NCBI RefSeq assembly: GCF_009914755.1
Contig: NC_060926.1
DNA length: 64,000 bases
From: the human T2T-CHM13v2.0 reference genome, Homo sapiens
Strand: one strand, 5' to 3'
The position numbers were made by a program, and so were the translations under genes. Positions within the stretch are counted from its first letter, which is position 1, and every line of letters begins with the position of its first letter. Positions 57,240-64,000 of the stretch are shown here, piece after piece. Under the pieces are notes generated by a model, which was given only the letters and a program-made list of their open reading frames with translations, made no database searches and was not told where the DNA came from.

Positions 57240-58800
57240 GTGTCAGTTATGAAGCAAAATAATAAAACAAATGCCCATGAAATTGCAGTTCTAAGCAATA
57301 ATTAGAATATTGTCCCTAGCTTTCCATCTGTGCAGTCTTCCATACTCCATTTTCTGGCCTGCCCAGAGATATAAGGCATCCTGAATTTTGTGTTTGTCAT
57401 TTTCTTGATTGAAAAAAAGTTTTATCCATATATATATATATATATGTAAAATTTCATTTTATTGCAAGGCTTATAAAATATTATTCTTCCATAGTCTTCT
57501 GAGATTTGCATGTTTACTTACTGTTTGTTTCTGTGAGGTTTTTTGCTGTATGATATTTCACTACAGTTTATCCATTGTCAGTTGCCTGTGGACACTTTGC
57601 CTTTGTTTTATGTTTGTTTTTCTAGTTTATCATCATTAAAAGAGGTGCAGCCATAAAGATACTTATAAATGTCTCTTGGCTATTCCATAAGGTAGAATTT
57701 CTGAGTGCTAGATTATACCAGGATGTTCTATTTTCAAAATAACAGCAAGTTTTCTACAAAAGTGGCTGTGCAGTTTATATTCACACAGCTCTGGGAAATT
57801 CCAGTTGAGCCACAGCCTCTCCAGTGCTAGGTAATTTTTGACTTAATATTTGAAGTACAGTAGCTGTAAAATGGTTCTCTCTCTGGGGCTCTATTTCATT
57901 TCCATCATTACTAATGAGTTTTGTTTACTCTTTCTATTTGTATTTTCCTTTGGTTTTTCCTCTTCTGTGAAATGCTGTTTATCTCTTTGGCACATTTACT
58001 GTTAAGGTGATCTTTTTTCTTACAAATCCATTGAAATGTTTAATATACACTTGGTAATAATATTTTGGTGGTAATGGGTTAAAAATCTCTTCCTACAGCT
58101 TATAACTTGGCTTTTTCATTTTGTTTGTGCTATCTTCTGTGGTTTTGTGGTTTTAGGATTTTGTTCAAGAAATCTTTCTTATCTTAAGTTCATAAAGACA
58201 CTTCCTTATATTTTCCTCTAAATATTGTTAACGTTTGCTTTTCACATTAGATCTCTAAATCCCATGAGATCTGCTTTTATTAAAGCTGTGAAAGGTAGAG
58301 TTCCAGGTGCATTTTTATGGGTAACCAGTTGTCTCAACACTATTTCTGGGTAATCTGCACTGCCACGGCTCACAAGTAACCAGCACCATGAGCGCAGGCG
58401 TGTGCTGCTGAGACCTCTGTTGTATTCTATTGGTCAATATCAATGGCAATATCACACTATGTAATTACTAGGTATTTATAATCAATTTGTGTCATCTGTA
58501 GGCCTTGCCCTCTTGCCACCTCCTAACTCACTCTATTTTTTCCATCCTCTCTCTTTGTTTTTTCTTGTGAATTTCAATAGCTCTTGATCCAGTTCTACAA
58601 AAAACAGTGTTGGGATTTTGACTGTAATTGCCAGATTTACTGGGGAGAATCAAACCTTTCTGACTCACCTTTCCTGCTTATGGAAAGCATATTTATTTGT
58701 GCTATCTTTGAATTAATGCTGCTCCATTTCTTTCCATATTATTTAATATTTTCCTACAGAGTCTTTTTAAAATTAATTTTACAAGAGGATTGTACAATTC
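57240..58800 (-). mobile_element. Very old L1 (L1ME-type) remnants
   Basis: T-rich sequence with degenerate antisense L1 3'/ORF2 motifs (e.g. TCTTCTGTGAAATGCTGTT, CCAGTTGTCTCAACACTATTT). Boundaries are approximate. Confidence 0.6.
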
Positions 58801-59063
58801 CATTTGTCTGCAACACCCTGTCCCCCAAGCCAGCACAGTTCAGCAGGGAGAAACTGTCCTCCTACCCTTTCTGTGCAGTTATCCTCAGGGTTTTTCTCCC
58901 ATTGTGTGGCTGTAGCTTGTTGAGTGGACTCTAAACTCTTCCTGGAAGGAGACACAGAGCATGGGGCATGATTCGGTGCCATTTCAGGAAAGGTCAGACA
59001 GTCTTTGTGGCTCTGGTAAGTGCAGTGGAAAAGTAACACGACAGTATCGTTGAAGGGAGGCTG

Positions 59064-59118
59064 CCTGGTTCTCCTGGTTCTCCCAGTTCTCCTGGTTCTC
59101 CCAGCTCTCCTGGTTCTT
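59064..59118. repeat. 9-bp tandem repeat CCTGGTTCT, about 6 copies
   Basis: Directly visible. Confidence 0.85.
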
Positions 59119-59409
59119 CAGGCTTTGGTGGATGTGATCCTCATGTCAAGGAGTAATTGTGGAATTATGGAGGGGACATGGGTAGAGTGACTAGCCTAAT
59201 GCTTGGAATATGTCATCTTCAGACATCCTCATCCTCCTTATCAGCAAGAGAAAGAGAAAAAGAAGTGCTAACCTTAAAATTCTTTGTAGTTATTCATGTG
59301 GTTAGCTCAGCTCCAGAATAAAGCATCATCAGGTTATTTAAACTCATTACAGGGAATCTGAATTGCAGAGTTTAAAAATAGCTTTAATATGTTCGTTTTA
59401 GAAGGCTAT

Positions 59410-59595
59410 CAAGACTCAATATTGAGACCTACCTGAGGGTGAAGGGTGGGAGGAGGGAGAGGATCAGAAAAAATAACTATTGAGTATTAGGATTAATACC
59501 TGGGTAAAGAAATAACCTGTATAACAAGCCCCCATAACACAAGTTTACCTATATAACAAACCTGCACATGTACCCCTGAACCTAAAATAAAGTTT
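59410..59595 (+). mobile_element. Older L1PA-type 3' UTR fragment
   Basis: GAGGGTGAAGGGTGGGAGGAGGGAGAGGATCAG...CTGCACATGTACCCCTGAACCTAAAATAAA. Confidence 0.85.
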
Positions 59596-59619
59596 GTTTT
59601 TATTTTAAATAAAAACTTA

Positions 59620-60642
59620 AACAAAAGTTGACAAATGGGATCTAATTAAAGAGCTTCTGCACAGCAAAAACAACTATCATCAGAGTGAACAGGCAAGTTA
59701 CAAAGTGGGAGACAATTTTTGCAATCTATCTGTCTGACAAAGGTCTAATATCCAGAATCTACAAGGAACTAAAACAAATTTACAAGAAAAAAAAAAACAT
59801 TAAATGTGGGCAAAGGACACGAACAGATACTTCTCAAAAGAAGACATTCATGTGGCCAACAAGCAGATGAAGAAAGGCTCATCATCACTGATCCCCAGAG
59901 AAATGCAAATCAAAACCACAATGAGATACCATCTCAGGCCAGTCAGAATGGTGATCATTAAAAAGTCAGATGATGTCGAGGTTGCAGAGAAATAGGAACA
60001 CTTTTTCACTGTTGGTGGGAATGTAAATTCATTCAACCATTGTGGAAGACGGTGTGGTGATTCCTCAAAGGTCTAGAACCAGAAATACCATTTGACTTAG
60101 CAATCCTATTACTGGGTATATACCCAAAGGAATGCAAATTATTCTATTACAATAATACATGCATGTGTATATTAATTGCAGCACTATTCACAATTGTAAA
60201 CACATAGATCAACCCAAATGCCCATCAATGATAGACTTGATAAAGGAAATGTGGTAGAGATACACCATGGAATACTATGCAGCCATAAAAAGGAGCAAGA
60301 CTATGTCCTTTGCAGGGACATGGATGAAGCTGGAAGCCATTATCCTCAGCAAAATAAGGCAGGAACAGAAAAGCAAACACCACATATTCTCACTTATAAG
60401 TGGGAACTGAACTATGAGAACACATGGAGGGGAACAGCACACACTGGGGCCCGGCAAGGGGTGGGGGCCATGGTGGGAGGGAGAGCATCAAGAAAAAATA
60501 GCTAATGGATGCTGGGCTTAATACCTAGGTGATGGGTTGATAGGTGCAGCAAACCACCATGGCACACGTTTACCAATGTAACAAACCTGCACATCCTGCA
60601 CATGTACTCTGGAACTTAAAAATAAAAATTAAAAAAAAAAAA
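59620..60642 (+). mobile_element. 5'-truncated L1PA (about 1 kb; ORF2 C-terminus, 3' UTR, poly(A))
   Basis: Peptides [14 protein letters not shown] and [13 protein letters not shown]. Ends GGAACTTAAAATAAAAATTAAAAA. Confidence 0.92.
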
Positions 60643-61331
60643 CTTTAAAAGGAACCAGAAGTTAAAAAGAAAATGATAGTAAAATTGACAACTTCTTTCT
60701 CAACAAAAACAAGAGAAGCTAGAGGAAATGAAATAACACCTTTGAAGTATGAAAAAGAAATTAATTCCTGTTTAAAATTCTATAATACCCAGCAAACGTG
60801 CTTCAAAAGAAAAAAATAATATATTTTCTGACAAAAAAGATAATTATTTCCAGTAGACCAGCACTTTAAATTTATTTTTTTTGAAAAGGAAACTAAGCAT
60901 ACCCACATAGCCCTTAAAGTTGACATGCACTTCTTGAGGTGATAAAAGGTTATTGGCACACTGCTGAATGAAAACAACATTTAAATAATTTCTTTTATAT
61001 TAATTTGTCATAAAAGATTAGCAGTGATTGCATCTGTTGTTAAATATGAGATAATTTTTATATTAGCCAGACTACTGTATTGTTGGAATTTGGGACAATA
61101 AACACTTATCATTTTGTTGTTGTTCTTTAAAATATTTTTAATTATATGATAAACACTCCTGGCATGATATCAAGGGAAAAATACATAGATGAAAATTTTT
61201 TAAAAGACTCAAAATCCTGTAAGAATTTTGAGGCATGCTAGTTGGTTTTCTGGATGGTACTTTAATCATGTAAAAGCCAATTTGCTGTGCAGTGAGTTGA
61301 CCATTGGGCTCTCTCTTGTAGAGACGATTTA

Positions 61332-64000
<2,669 letters not shown>

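Overview
Primate, almost certainly human, genomic DNA. It is mostly intronic sequence of the gamma-2-syntrophin gene SNTG2 on the + strand. Four short coding exons with GT-AG boundaries (20702-20745, 20848-20889, 48686-48773, 56230-56321) splice in frame to (A)DQTGMLFVGDAVLQ-VNGIHVENATHEEV-VHLLRNAGDEVTITVEYLREAPAFLKLPL-GYPGPSSDHSSGASSPLFDSGLHLNGNSSTT, the C-terminal half of the PDZ domain and the following linker. The rest is transposon relics (old and young L1, about 9 Alus plus a FLAM, THE1/MST, MLT1, MLT2, HERV-L, LTR12C, an LTR1-like ERV1 LTR, MIR) and many tandem repeats, as expected near a chromosome end. Nearly all ORFs in the supplied track are repeat-derived or incidental. I see no evidence for a new multi-gene system. 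The most unusual items are: two local templated duplications (about 86 and 124 bp) copied over about 4 kb; a 33-bp VNTR grown inside an LTR that opens a 398-codon frame; a 10-fold tandem amplification of an L1 ORF2 start; an ETS-motif minisatellite; a sense MLT2A1 LTR with DUX4-like and splice-donor motifs; and a twin-primed inverted L1PA. Repeat subfamily names and the reference protein are recalled from memory, not searched.
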